Shown: positions 46,467 to 61,860 of the stretch, piece after piece
Layout of the letters: every line of letters starts with the position of its first letter
Position numbering within the stretch: position 1 is the stretch's first letter
From: Eledone cirrhosa
Lineage: Eukaryota
Length of the DNA: 64,000 bases
Reading direction: 5' to 3'
NCBI GenBank assembly: GCA_964016885.1
Contig: OZ024743.1
Location: 165,106,001 to 165,170,000 of the forward strand
Translations under genes and position numbers: made by a program
The notes under the pieces: model-generated
Told to the model about the DNA's origin: nothing
The model's database searches: none
The model's input: the letters and a program-made list of their open reading frames with translations, nothing else

Positions 46467-47082
46467 TTGTGAGGGCTGGCATTATGCTATGTTGGTGAAG
46501 ATCCAGCCAACAGCATAAGTGGCCTTTCTTATCTCTGTGTCGCCACTTCCACTAGCACTCCCTAACAGCTATCCTCGTACCCCTCCCAAGCCCCGCCACT
46601 AGCACCCCTTAGCAGCTAACCTCATTATCACTACACACCTCCACTCCATCCATGCCCCTTCTTGTATTCATCCCTTAGCTGCTATCTTCCCCTACTATTG
46701 CACCCTAGTAGCTACTCTCTACACTCCACTCATGCCTCTTCTACTATCAGTCCTTAGCTATTCTCTCCATCATTAGACATCCTGTTTCCAGCACTGGAGA
46801 GTGCCACCCCAGTCACCTCAGTGTTCTTATCTCCATGGAAAAAATACTGTACTGGATGTATGTGCATGGCCACCAGCATATCACAATGATTGCATAACTG
46901 TGCTTATGATTGCGTAAGCAACTGATGAAGTCACATTCATAACCATGTAACAGAAATATATATCATGCAATAAACAATTATGGTGATTTAATCCTGTCTG
47001 GACTACCATTATTTGATATATATATATACATACATACATATATATATATATATAGTAATAATAATAAATATATATATATATA

Positions 47083-47921
47083 CAAGGTGCGGACGATATT
47101 GTTCGCAATTTTCAACTGCTAATTTTATGCAAATTTATTTTACTTCCGTTGTCACTCTTGTCTTCATAAAAACAGTGACTATATTTCCATTATTTATTTT
47201 CAGAATAATTGATTATGAATAATTTTGAACCTCCAAATTTGTGGAAGAGACACTGAGTTCTTCTTGGAATCCGCGCCGGGAGGACAAATAAGACCAGAAG
47301 ATCAACTCCCAGAAGAACAGGTGGCTCGCTGTCTCATCCAAAGATGTGCCCAGAATCATGCAAACAAAGTTTGCAGCGACAACATTGGTCTTAGGTGTCG
47401 TCAGCAGTCAAGGTGACGTCATGCCACCTCACTTCTTCCCTGAGGGCCTCAAGCTGAACACCGATGGCTACATCCGCGTTCTGAGCGAGGTAGTAAAGCC
47501 CTGGATCGACCAGGTAGCTTCAGGTAGGCCGTATGTGTGGCAGCAAGACTCAGCGCCCTGCCATACCAGCCGAAAGACCCAAGCCTGGCTGTCAGAGAAC
47601 TTCGTCGACCACACTTCACCTGACATCTGGCCTCCCAGCTCGCCTGACTGCAACCCCCTCGACTTCTTTGTGTGGGGTGCAGTAGAACGAGACACCAACA
47701 GATCTAGCTGCAATACGAAAGACGATCTAAAGGCCAGGATCACAAGTGCCTTTAGGGGCCTAAGTCAGGGGACAGTGACGAAGACCTGTAGCCGGTTCCG
47801 AGGCTGCCTTGAGGCCGTCATCAAAGCCAATGGCGGGTTTATCGAGTGAGATCAAAAGAACAAGTCATGAAGACCAACTGACCAAAGTTTGATAAATAAA
47901 TCTTAAATCGTCCGCACCCTG
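47083..47921 (+). mobile_element. Tc1/mariner DD37D (maT-like) transposon, internally deleted
   Basis: TIRs CA(A/G)GGTGCGGACGAT flanked by TA. ORF 47346-47849 has QQD-x37-D (WPPSSPDCNPLDFFVWG). Confidence 0.92.
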
Positions 47922-47928
47922 TATATAT

Positions 47929-50644
<2,716 letters not shown>

Positions 50645-51048
50645 TGCAGTCTAATGACTGAAACCAGTAAAAGAATAAAAGAATATAAAACATGAATTGA
50701 GAGGACTCCTCAACTGTGTCAAGGGTATGACAATTTCTCTAGTGTTGGTGACAATAAAATGCACCCAGTATGCTCTGTAATGTAGTCAATAGGAATGGCA
50801 TCCAGCTACAGAAAACTTGCTGATCAGAGGTTCAAGAGGATCAGTTGTATCAAAGACATGTGTCATGATAAAAGGTACCTGGTGCACCCTGTAGAGCACA
50901 GGAATTTATGTATGCAGGAATATATGTTATGCAACCCCTGGCTCCTCTGAGAGATCAGTAGCTCTGATAAAGTACTGATTTGGTCAGTTACAACTCATCC
51001 AAACCTTGCTAGATAGATAAATGGTCATACGATGATGATGAGACTTAC

Positions 51049-51197
51049 TTCTTCTTATCCCGTTCAAATTGATGTTCAAATTTGTTTAGCTTCCGCTCAG
51101 TGGCATCTTTAGATTTTAATGCCTCTGTCAACCTCTGTGTTAGATTTTCTTTGACTTCATTGAAAGATTTTGTCTCCTCCACAAAGTTTTGACGTAC
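51049..51197 (-). CDS. SCLT1: SCLT1-like exon (VRQNFVEETKSFNEVKENLTQRLTEALKSKDATERKLNKFEHQFERDKK)
   Basis: ccag acceptor and AA|gtaagt donor, phase 0-2, open frame, coiled-coil composition. Confidence 0.88.
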
Positions 51198-51389
51198 CTG
51201 GTCAAATTGATAATACAATATGTCAAACAGATAACAATGACGACAACAATATACAACATTAACTCATAACATATACCTTATACCATGTCATCTGCAAAAT
51301 TTCAACCCACTGATTATACATCACCCAGTCATGATACCACTTCCAACCTGGCTGTGATCTCTGACTTGCACTTGATAGGTTTGATACTG

Positions 51390-52080
51390 AGTGCTGCATG
51401 GCTGGTGTGAAAATTAGTTCTGTGAAAACTGAGAGACACTCATCCTCTCAAGGAGGCCTGTGCAGTGACCTCTACATGTGAATGGAGTTCCATTGAAGCA
51501 GGTGGAGAAGTTCGAGAATCTTAGGGCCATGTTCACAAGTGATAGAAGGTAGGAGGCTGAATTAAGTGCAAGAATTGTAGGAGCTGGTGCAGTAATGTGA
51601 CAGCTTCAACAATCGGTAATCAGAAGGAAGGTTGGTGTAAAAACTAAACTTCAATTCGGTATTCATGCCAACCCTTACCTATGGTCATGAATCTTGGGTA
51701 ATGACTGAAAAAATACAATCGTGAATACAAGCGGCTGAAATAGGGCTTCTCCAAAGGGTTTTTGGAGTAACATTATTCAATAGAGCCGCTACTTCTCCAA
51801 ATTGAGAGATCACAGCTCCAATACTATGGGCATGCGGTTAGAATGTCTCAGGAAAGAATCGCTGGACAGATTTTACAGGCAAAACCAACTCGCAGGAGAC
51901 CCAGGGGTAGACCCTAATCAAGATGGTTGGATAACATCTATGAGCTTGGCAGGTTTCACTTGGAGTTCCAACCAAGTCAATTGGGAATGGTTGCTTTTGA
52001 GAGGAACCACTGGAAGGAGTGTTTGAGGACTCTACCCCCATGACCCTCTCAGGAATAAGTGGGCGAAGAAGAAGAGAACT
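51390..52080 (+). mobile_element. Degenerate RTE-clade (Expander-like) LINE 3' part; second fragment at about 53155-53345
   Basis: LHVNGVPLKQVEKF..., IERSQLQYYGHAVRM...RRPRGRP, and a short (GAA)n tail. Confidence 0.6.
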
Positions 52081-52675
52081 CCTATCCTGTAATACATGCA
52101 TCAGCAAGACATTTTTGAAAAGTACAAAACAGCCTTATGACTACAGCACATCGAAAAGTAAAGTTTTTATTCTAATACTGCAAGTTTTCATAACAGTCTG
52201 TCTATAAGTAAATGTATTATAAACATTTGAATTGACAAACCTGTTTTTAGATATTTTTTGCTAAACCATTACAGAATGTTAAGAGTTAAACAGCTGATAT
52301 GGATATTTTACCTGCTAAAAATATCAGTCATATCTCCTTCAAACCACACCATACCAACATCTTAAAAAATAGATGGTCATATAGGACAATGTAATCCATG
52401 ATACAGAAAATTGCAGGATGGTCGCAATGACTTGAATGAGTTTTTACATTGATCAGCTTGAGCAAGGCTAAGTTGAGACATAATAACATTAAACACAACA
52501 GACAATGCAGTTGACACCACATATGAGAAAACAATACACACAGCTGGGTGCTGTCAGGGACGCTCTCTATGTGGTCGTATGATCTGCTAGAAATAGCAAC
52601 CAAAATCTCCCTTAAATCATACTTTTCTTTGCTTCACATTAAATGATATACATTTGGTATTATATTTGTGGAAGT

Positions 52676-52785
52676 CCAAATCACGCCGAGATCAACTTTG
52701 CCTTTCATCCTTACGGGGTGGATAAAATAAAGTACCAGTAATGTACTGGGTAATTGCTGGCCTTGTGCCAAAAGTAGAAACAATT
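52676..52785 (+). mobile_element. 5'-truncated SINE of the 40365-40548 family
   Basis: Shared core and tail; candidate TSD ATTATATTTGTGGAA on both sides. Confidence 0.85.
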
Positions 52786-53049
52786 ATATTTGTGGAATTT
52801 ATTCCTTTCAATTATGGATTAGTACTCCATCATAATGTAGAATTTTGATTTAAGGCTAAGGATTAAGGTTAGGATTTGGGTTTAGGATTTATAGTTAGGT
52901 TTATATTGAAGGTTAGGGTTAAATAAATGGAGAAGGGGGAGTATATAAAACTGAAATTGTGAAAATTTTGTTTTTCTTCCTGGCCAACTCAGGTAGCCAT
53001 CTAGCATGTATACAGTTATAGGTGAAATATCAGAATACAAACCACTCAC

Positions 53050-53124
53050 ATTTTGCAATTCTGATTCAAGAGATCGCTTGTCTCTCAGGGATTTTTCCAT
53101 GCTGACTTCTCTCTCAGAGTGTTC
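53050..53124 (-). CDS. SCLT1: SCLT1-like exon (EHSEREVSMEKSLRDKRSLESELQN)
   Basis: ttttgtag acceptor and gtgagt donor, 75 nt, phase 0-0. Resembles SCLT1 ECAEKQGQIERVIKEKKAVEEELEK. Confidence 0.9.
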
Positions 53125-53937
53125 CTACAAAAACAAACAAAATATAAAATCAGAGTTGAGAGATCAGAGCTTCGCTACTACAGACATGTGGTCAGTATGT
53201 CTAAGGAAAGAATCACTAGACAGATTTTACGGCAAGAGACCCAAGAGGACACCACGAGCAAGATGGTTGGATAACAACCATGAGCTCTACTGGTCACATT
53301 TGGGGACAGTTGCTTCTAACAGGACCCACAAGGAAGAGATTGAGGGATGATGAGGAGGAAAAGGGGTGGTGGAGGAGGAGGAGGAGGAGAGGAGTGGATG
53401 AGGAGGAAGGGTGAGGGGGATGCAGAGGAGGGGGAGGAAGACGAGGAGGGGAGGGGTGGGGTGGATGGGTGCTACACGAGAATGCTGAGGATGGTTCTGA
53501 ACATTAATCAGTATACACTGAGGATGAAAAACTCAGAGCTGTATGGGAGCCTCCCAAAAGTCAGCTCAAAAGTGACACAGAGGAGACTGAGGTGAGCTGG
53601 ACATGCTCACCGGCATCCAGAGTTGACATTACACTCTCGCTTTATAAAACTTTATAAAACAGATGGAATGGTAAAAAAGTAATTATGTAGTGGATTTGTG
53701 AAACAAAACCTATACACTAAGCAACACTTAAAAGATTTTAAATATCAAAATATTAAAACTTTGTGAATATTTTCTCCACTCATGAGAATTTCAAAACCAC
53801 ACCATGTGTTGATTAGCTGTCTTGGCTTATATATGGAATTTGGATGTTTCCCAATTTCTCAGACATAAAATAGAGGATGTTGGATTATATTCAAATCGGC
53901 TTATGTTCAAGTATATATGGTACACTTTGCAACTCAC

Positions 53938-54009
53938 CATCTCTAGGAAATGAATCTTTTCATTGAGCTTTACAATCCTAATATTGAGAAGAGATTTTAC
54001 TTCATCCAC
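53938..54009 (-). CDS. SCLT1: SCLT1-like exon (VDEVKSLLNIRIVKLNEKIHFLEM), the most 5' exon seen in the window
   Basis: ttccag acceptor and ATG|gtgagt donor, 72 nt, phase 0-0. Resembles SCLT1 VANTKKQCNIQISRLTEELSALQM. Confidence 0.88.
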
Positions 54010-54399
54010 CTGGAATATATTGAGAGATTTTATGAGGAGAACATTTTTATCACAAAAACAGTTATTATTATCATTTTAACCTGAAAAAAGATGTAAGAAT
54101 AGAAAGTAAAGCAAAAGAGAGAAGAGAGGAAAATAAACTGAAAGAACATAAGTGGAAATGCCGGATATATTTTAAAAGGTGATACGAGTGTAGGTACAAG
54201 GCTATTCCAGTGCCTTAACCACTCTATCAGCTGTGCCTTGGCTTGCCTCAAAAATGTTTTAAACGGCAACACCAACATTCCATGTTGTAATATATAATTA
54301 AGTATCACGTCTTCTACCTTTTCCTTTTCTCTTATTTTGGACTTTTTTTATTGATTTGTTTCTGTTTACAGGCTTGTTTTGGAAGCTAACCACTTGCTT

Positions 54400-56990
54400 A
54401 TACAGACAATCACAGTTACTCTGACATTAACTTCATCATTTTAATTGGTGACTTCAATAGACATGCTGGGCAGTACCAGGAAGGCTACACTGGAGTTCAT
54501 GGTAGCTATAGTTATGGCTCAAGAAATCAAGAGGAAACAAGGCTCCTAGAATTCTGAGAGGCAAAAGAACTATTTGCAATACTAACTTCAGGAAACTGGC
54601 TAGCCACCTCATCACCTATCAATCAAGCAAACACACAAGCCAGATTGACTTTTTACTTGTTAGAAAATGGGATAGATAGGCAGATGGTTATGAATACTAA
54701 GGTCTTCCCCAGAGAACATAAGCTAGCTTTTAGTGACATCAGAATAAGCACAAGACAAAACAAGAAAAAAATCTGGAGGAGAGTATGGAAGCTAAGGAAG
54801 GGCCCTGTTAAATACAGGTTTAGAAAAGCCCTATATAACGCATATAACAAGAGGGACGATGAGTTAGATATATATGATATAGAAGGCAACTGAGAGTTTC
54901 TATGCAACGACTAGTAGCTGGAGCAAAGCACCCGCTAGACTGAGAGGAACCTAGAGGTGGAATAGTAACATAATTAGAGCCATTAAAGCCAAGAGACAGG
55001 CATGAAAAAATGAAAGCAGCAAGGATCAGTGCCAGGTAGCTAAAAGAGAAGCTGGACTACAGGTATACATACCACATAGTTTGCTAATGTCTTGCAACAT
55101 AAGGGTCAAAGACGTGTTTTGCATTGTAAAGCAGTGTCAGAGAAAATTAGGATGTTGCTCAAGAAAAGTGTCTGAAATTACACTAGTGTATTTAGCATCA
55201 CTGACACTCATAAGAAAAAGGCTTGAGGTTGATGAATGTGGAGAATAAGTGAGAGAAAGAAAGACTACTCTCAGCTGATCCAGAAGGACCAGCTATGAAA
55301 TTGACATATATATAAGGAGATGAAAGCTGCTGGTCTGTCAGAAATAGGAGTCTAATTACTTTCAAGCCTTGAATAATCATCACTCTAATCCCTGCTTATT
55401 AATATTTTAGATTTTTCCAACCAACTTGCTTATTAAATTTTGATAATCTATCTTCGGCAAAATTTTATTTTAAGTGGTAGCATTCCTGCGACAATTGATT
55501 TTCTTTACACATTATATATGATAAAAAACGAACATTACAAGAAATCTCATATGTTATAAAATAAATAGGATGGGTTGGGGTCTCAGTATGTAAATTAAAT
55601 GACTAATTCTGGTTTTTTAAAAAAATCAAGGGAGACAGCCAAACAATTACTGGTCCTCCCTCCCCTGCTTATTCCAACCCCCACTATTATTTGGAACCCG
55701 AGAGTAGACTTCTGCATAATTAATCAGACAATACAGGATAGGGTTATACCCAATGACTGGTGTAGCAGTATACTTATTAATTGCTACAAAAGAAACAGTG
55801 ATGCACTAGAAAGGAGCAACTACATGGACATAAAACTAATGGACTAAGTTATGTAAGCGACAGATAAAGTCTTAGCACAGCTAATTAGGAAAGAGGTAAA
55901 TTACATAAGATGCAATTTCATTTTATGCCAAGGAGGAGCACCACAGATGCTCTCCTCTTAATGAAACAACTACAAGAGATGTTCCTAAGTGTAAGCCACT
56001 ATATCTAACTTTCATGGATCTTGAGAAGGTCTTTGACAGAGTACCACAATCTGTCATCAGGTGGTTCTTAAGGAGACTAGGCATAGAAGAATGACTTCTG
56101 AGAGATATCAGTAAAGTGAGAGTCGGTAATGAATTTAGTGAGGAATTTAATGTGCAGGTGTTCATGAAGGCTGTTCTCAGCCCATTCTTATTCATCATAT
56201 TTCACCAAGCCATAACAGAGGAGTTTATGACTAGTTGTCCATGGGAACTTCTATAATATGATGATGATCTGGATTTTATTGCTGAACCGGTGGAAGAAGT
56301 AGAGAAGAAATTCTAGCTTTGAAAACAAATTAATGAAAAGGGTTTAGAGTAAATTAGAAAAAGGCTAAAGTTTCAGTTAGTAGGAAAGGAGACAGGACCT
56401 CCAAGTAAATCTTAGGTACACGTGAGGTGTAGTCAGATAACTGGCCAACTATTGTAGTTAACAGATGCACAGGGATAATTCATAGTAACCGCATAAGTGA
56501 AATAAACTTTTTTTTAATCTAAAGAAGGATCCATAGAAGTGGTTGATAGCTTCTGGTACCTAGGTGATCTAATTAGCAGTGGAGGAGGTTGCTCTGAGAG
56601 AATAGTAGCTAGAATAAGAATAGGATGGAAATAGTTCAGGGTGATACTACCACTATGAATGATGCCCGCGTATGATGCACAATGCTGCATGGTAGTGAGA
56701 TATGCGAAGGCGAGAGAAAAATGAAGCGAGCATGCTTTGATGAGCTGAGTATAAGAGAAATCAGATGGAGAAAAGACTGCGTTGGTATAGACAAATGATG
56801 CGTATGGATGATGATGAAGTGCAAGGAAGCTGCAGCAGTGGGAGACCATGGAAGACCTGGGCAGGAATTGTGAAAGTTGATCTCAAATCATTGAAGTTAA
56901 CAGAGAAGATAATGAAAGACTGTGATTATGCTGGAAAAGACCCGTCCAATCTATGTAAGCATAGAAAAACCGATGTAAAATTATCATTAT
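54400..56990 (+). mobile_element. Highly degenerate RTE LINE, interrupted at about 55350-55710 by a probable MITE
   Basis: IGDFNRHAG, VIPNDWCSSILINCYK, MDLEKVFDRVP, SGGGCSERIVAR and GRPWKTW remnants, collinear with the other RTE copies. Confidence 0.8.
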
Positions 56991-56996
56991 TATTAT

Positions 56997-57360
56997 GCGG
57001 TGAAGGGTTGGACGCCATGCTTTCTAGCATAGTTACGTCCCTTTACAGTCTGAGTTCAAATCCCGTCGAGGTTAACTTTGCCTTTCATCCTTACGGGGTC
57101 GATAAAATAAAGTACCAGTAATACACTGGGTAATTGCTGGCTTTGTGTCAAAAGTAGAAACAATTATTATGTGGATTGGAAGTATTGGTAGAGTGCCAGA
57201 CACCATGATTCGCGGTATAGAGTTACAACCCTTTATGTTCTGATTTTTGCCTTTCATCCTCACGGGGTTGATAAAATAAAGTACCAGTGATGCACTGGGG
57301 TCAATTTAATCAACTTTCCCTTTCCCCAGAATTGCTGGCCTTGTGCTTAAATCAGAAATC
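56997..57360 (+). mobile_element. Two tandem SINEs of the 40365-40548 family
   Basis: Two CCTTTCATCCT...GATAAAATAAAGTACCAGT cores, each ending in (ATT)n. Confidence 0.85.
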
Positions 57361-57371
57361 ATTATTATTAT

Positions 57372-58570
57372 CACAGCTGTCATACAATGCAGATGGATAA
57401 TGTACTGAAGTATTTAGTCATCTGTCAAGTCACGAGGACTTCAGACATAATATTTCCTTCAAAATGTGTGCAGTACCTAGCAAAGCTACCTTTTGTATGA
57501 CACCTAACCTGTATGGTATTCCCAGTCGCTTAAGAAGTCTTAAAGTTTCAATGATATTGACCCTAATGCCTCGATCACAACTGGTATCACTTTCACATTA
57601 CCTTCTTGTATTCCAAATAGTCTTGCCAGCTCTACTTTCAATTCAGCGTACTTGGTGATTTTTTTCAATCTCCTTGCTCACAATATTCATCTCATTTGGT
57701 ATGGCCACACCAATGATCTGACAGTATTTGTCTTTCTTGTTCAACTTGACAATGTCTGGTCAGCAATACTTAATTATCCTATCAGTTTGAAAATCCTAAT
57801 CCCAGAATATCGTTGCTTTCCCATCCTCCTGCATTACTTTACAAGGCACATGCTCATACCAATTCTCTGACTTCATTTTGGTATTTATGACACAGAAGCC
57901 GATGAAGGTATAGACAAACTTTATCATGGCAGTGCAAGTATTCTTTTTTCACAAGGCTCTCATATCCACTTACCACATGGACCACATTTTCCGCATTCTT
58001 TCCACAGAGTGTCAGAAGTTTTGTTAATGTTATACTTAACCGAATTGGCAGCAAGAGCTTGGTCTTGTGCTGCAATTATAAGGCCTTCAGTGGTACGTTT
58101 CAAATCTCTTTGCTTAGGTCATGTCCATGATATTCTTTTATCCTTGATATCCTGTATATTTCTTTCAAATTGACCATGCATTCTCATGCCTTGATCTTTT
58201 CTTTTCAGCTCTTTGATTAAACTCTTCATTTCCAACCATTTCTACTGCAATTATACCCATATCTTCTGCTACATATGGTAACAACTCTTTGTCACTGTTT
58301 ACCAAATATTCCGCAAGCGTTCTCCTTTCACTCCTTATACAATGATCCACACTGATGAGGCCTCTGCCACCATTCTTTCTTTTCATGTCTATTAATATTT
58401 GCTTTAGGGTGTAAAGCTTCATATAATGTCATTAACTTTTTTATCTTTCTATCCAGTTTTGATATTTCTTTTTTAGTCCAACTGAGAATGGATGCGCCAT
58501 ATCTAACCACTGCAACTGCCCAGATATTCATTGCAGTGACTCGATTTCTTGTATTCAAGTTGGATTTTTA
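57372..58570 (-). mobile_element. Degenerate R4/Dong-clade (RLE) non-LTR retrotransposon, 3' part
   Basis: AMNIWAVAVVRYGASILSW...KLDRKIKK, RKNGGRGLISV and CGKNAENVVHVVSG...EYLHCHDKV. Ends at a (TAA)n run, the known Dong target. Confidence 0.75.
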
Positions 58571-58582
58571 AATTATTATTCC

Positions 58583-58685
58583 TGCCGAGGTTAACTTTGC
58601 CTTTCATCCTTATGGGGTTGATAAAATAAAGCACCAGTAATGCACTGGGGTAATTGCTGGCTTTGTGCCAAAAGTAGAAACATTA
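58583..58685 (+). mobile_element. 5'-truncated SINE of the 40365-40548 family
   Basis: Shared core and tail. Confidence 0.85.
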
Positions 58686-59289
58686 TAGGTGTTTGAAGTA
58701 AGAAGACATGCTATTCTGAAATTGTTAAAATATTTTTGTTTTAAGAGGATCATAGGGCACTTGTCTTTTCCCTGAAGAAGGGACTTCCCTTAATATTTGG
58801 GCTTTTGACCCAAACATTTGAACTTTGAGCTTTTTTTCTACTTAAAACATGTCAACTGTCACATGGCAGTGGATTAAACGTGAGCGAAGTAACACCGCTC
58901 CTACAACAACAAAAATTACAAACACCATCACCACATTAGGCAGTATCACCAACAAAAACAACTCCAATAGCAGCATCAACAAAATAAATGAGAGTAACAA
59001 CGGAAATAATGACAACACCACCACCAAGAACAGTTGGAAAACAAGTGAGAACAATAATAACAACACCAACAACTACAATAATGACAACAACAGCAACAAC
59101 GATAACAACAATAAAAAGAAAAGGGAGGGCAATAGGATAAAGGTGACCACCTACGACAACAACGTGAACAGCAACTCGGTTGTGGTTGTGGCTGCAAGGA
59201 CCAAAACTTTTTTCAGGTGGACATATCAGACAAGGAGCAGCAGTTGGTCCAGGCATGGAGGCTGATTAAACAAGAACAATCCTGGGGGA

Positions 59290-61860
59290 ACCTCACCATC
59301 CAGGATAAAGTAATAGCAGCAACGCAAAGGAGGACATTGCATTATAGATGTATTTCAGTACAAACCCGCAATGCAGAACCTGTCACCTAGGCGGAAGTTG
59401 AGGCTGCACTGAAATACATCAAGAATGACATAGAATATAAAGGAAGCACCAGACATTTCGACACCATCTGGAAGCTGTTCAAAACCGAGGCCCTTGCTAT
59501 TAAACATTCGGTGAGCTCCTGTAGAATGGACTGCATTGTAATGTACCCATCCCACATGGGCAGAAGGACTGTGAAGGTCTGCATTCCCAGGATCCCATCA
59601 GGTCTGAACTTATGGTGGCTCCTGGGGAGCGTGGTTGAAGATGGTACCAATAATACCCTCATAGATGTTTTAAAAAACAGCTAGAGAGGACTGGTCCGGG
59701 ATGGATTTGGAAATTCTTCTCCAGATCAACTCAACAAGATCCTAGACAATGCGCACCTTCAGGCAGGACAGGTCAACAATTCAGTTGATCACTGAGGCCA
59801 AAAGGCCACACTGCTTCATCTGTGGTGAAGCAACACATCTGCGTACCTTCTGCCCTCAGCTCAAAAATGCAGGGGGCCGCAAGCCTCCATTGCTGCCAAA
59901 ACCGACACCGGCAGCCCTACCAACAGCAGCATCACCAGTAAAACCACCACCACCATCACCAGCACAAAAACCAGCCTGGGGGAAAACAAGGAAAGCCCCC
60001 CCCCCCCCCCCTCCCCCCACACAAAAAAAAATACACACAATGACACAAACACACACACAGACATCCAGTCTTTCAGTAGCGAAGATAAGGAACAACTAAA
60101 GAAAGCCAAAATACAAAAACAAAAACACAAGAAAGAGAAAACTGCAAACATCCTACATACACAAACTGAAACCTCAGACATCACACTCACAACAAACACC
60201 ACCATCGCTTCAATCGCCCAAATGCAAACAATCACAAGAAATACAAGAACAAAACAAAACACACATTTTGCTCCTGGTAGCACAAAGGCAAAATTTAGAA
60301 AAGGAAGGAGAAATATCCCATGCCACCACATTTCGCATACCTGAGGACCTAACAATGGTACACATGTGGCTTGGTGCATACAAAGAAATTAAAAAGAGTT
60401 TTCCTTGAGACGTGGGGACCCCGAATATGAAACCCACTTCATGACTGTTAACGGGGTTCCCAATGGAAACCCCACCAACAATGGAGGTTGAACCACCTGA
60501 CTCCCACAAGACCCCGGTAGGTAAGTAAACCTCTCCTTTCTCTCCTTTAGCCTGCCAATATGGCCGTCCTAAGAGTAGGACATTCAACTATTCGTGGCCT
60601 GGGTCATCCTGGAAGTAGGGTCGCCTGCTGAATGACCTTGCGTTACTAGATATCGATGTGATTGCTATCAGTGAGGACGGGATCTCCAACACATGCGCAC
60701 TAGCCCCCCATTATTGATGACTATCAAATCTTCGCATCTCTTAGTCAGCCGGGGAACGGGAGGTGGCATAGCAGTGGTGTTTTGGAAAGGCATAGATCTC
60801 AAGGTATAGTCAATCTTCCTAGACCTGAATGGTAAGTTGGTGGTCTTGGATGTGAGCAACGGTGAAGGTGGTGCCTTTAGACTAGTGGACGTCTACAACC
60901 CGACAAGGGCTGGACAGCCGGAATTCTTTAGGAGACGGAAGCCTTTCTGGGAACATCTCGCCTTTTACTGTTAGTGGGAGACTAGAATGGCATCTTAGAC
61001 ACACACTGGGATTATGTGGGAATAGCTGATAGAGGCGGGAGGTGCAAAAGCCTCAAGTACCTGATCAGCCAGTTCCAACTGTTTGACAGGTATCGAGTAA
61101 ATTTACCAAATGCGCCAGTGTGGACCTGGAACAACTGCAGAGGGTCATCTAGATCGTCTATAAATAGAATCTTCATTAGGACAATAGATAGGAATAGTGT
61201 AGGTTGTCCACTTTTTCAAATGGTCGCCTATTCAGATCACAAATTTATGATCTATATGGTTGACCTAGATAAGACACACAGGTAGGACCTGGTTACTGGA
61301 AGCTGAACATGTCATTTCCGGCACGTAAGGCTTACAGGGACCGGGTCAACAATTTAGTTAAGCAAAAGTTGACAGGGGGATCGTCAACAACACGTGGTGG
61401 CAGGCTCTCAAAAGATAGATTAGAGTAACTTTGATAGGTTTTAGCAAAGAAGTAACGTTAGAGAAAAATAGAAAGGAGGGTGAGCTGGAAGGTTAATTAG
61501 ATGAGGCTATTTGTAGTGGCATTGCAACTGATGTGCTAGTGGCGAGAATGGCGTTAGACCATTTCTTCAATGCGAATCGTGAAGTTTGCATTGTCAGAGC
61601 TAGGACGTGTGTATTAAGAAACGAGGGAAACGAAGCTGTTCGATGAGCCTGCACAGCAGAGCTGCAGAATGGTAACAAAACGACATGGTAACAAAACCAC
61701 AATTTGGTCTTTGAAGGAGCAAGACAAACATGAGTTGAATGATTCCAGGCAGATGTGAGAGGCCTTTCGGAGGGAGTGGGTGGGTCGGATTTCAGTCCCT
61801 ATATCAACAACCTACCGCTTCTCATGCCAGACAATGTTAAGTACTGCAAAAGGCCGAGAT
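59290..61860 (+). mobile_element. Degenerate L1/Tx1-like LINE, copy 1 (ORF1 with CCHC knuckle; APE of ORF2 from 60560)
   Basis: HCFICGEATHLRTFCPQ; WTWNN...SSINRIFI...AYSDHK; GPGYWKLNMS. Confidence 0.75.

Noticed and set aside
52855-52922. TTAGGG-like run as an interstitial telomere
   Set aside because: Only one exact TTAGGG unit among degenerate ones, which is too weak.
58772-58816. CTGAAGA...GGGCTTTTGACCCAAAC as a Penelope-type hammerhead ribozyme
   Set aside because: The GAAA core is missing and stems I and III cannot be formed. At best it is a dead remnant.
58849-59265. Asn/Thr-rich ORF and Cys/Val-rich antisense ORFs
   Set aside because: These are products of a degenerate (AAC)n repeat, with no domain or splice support.
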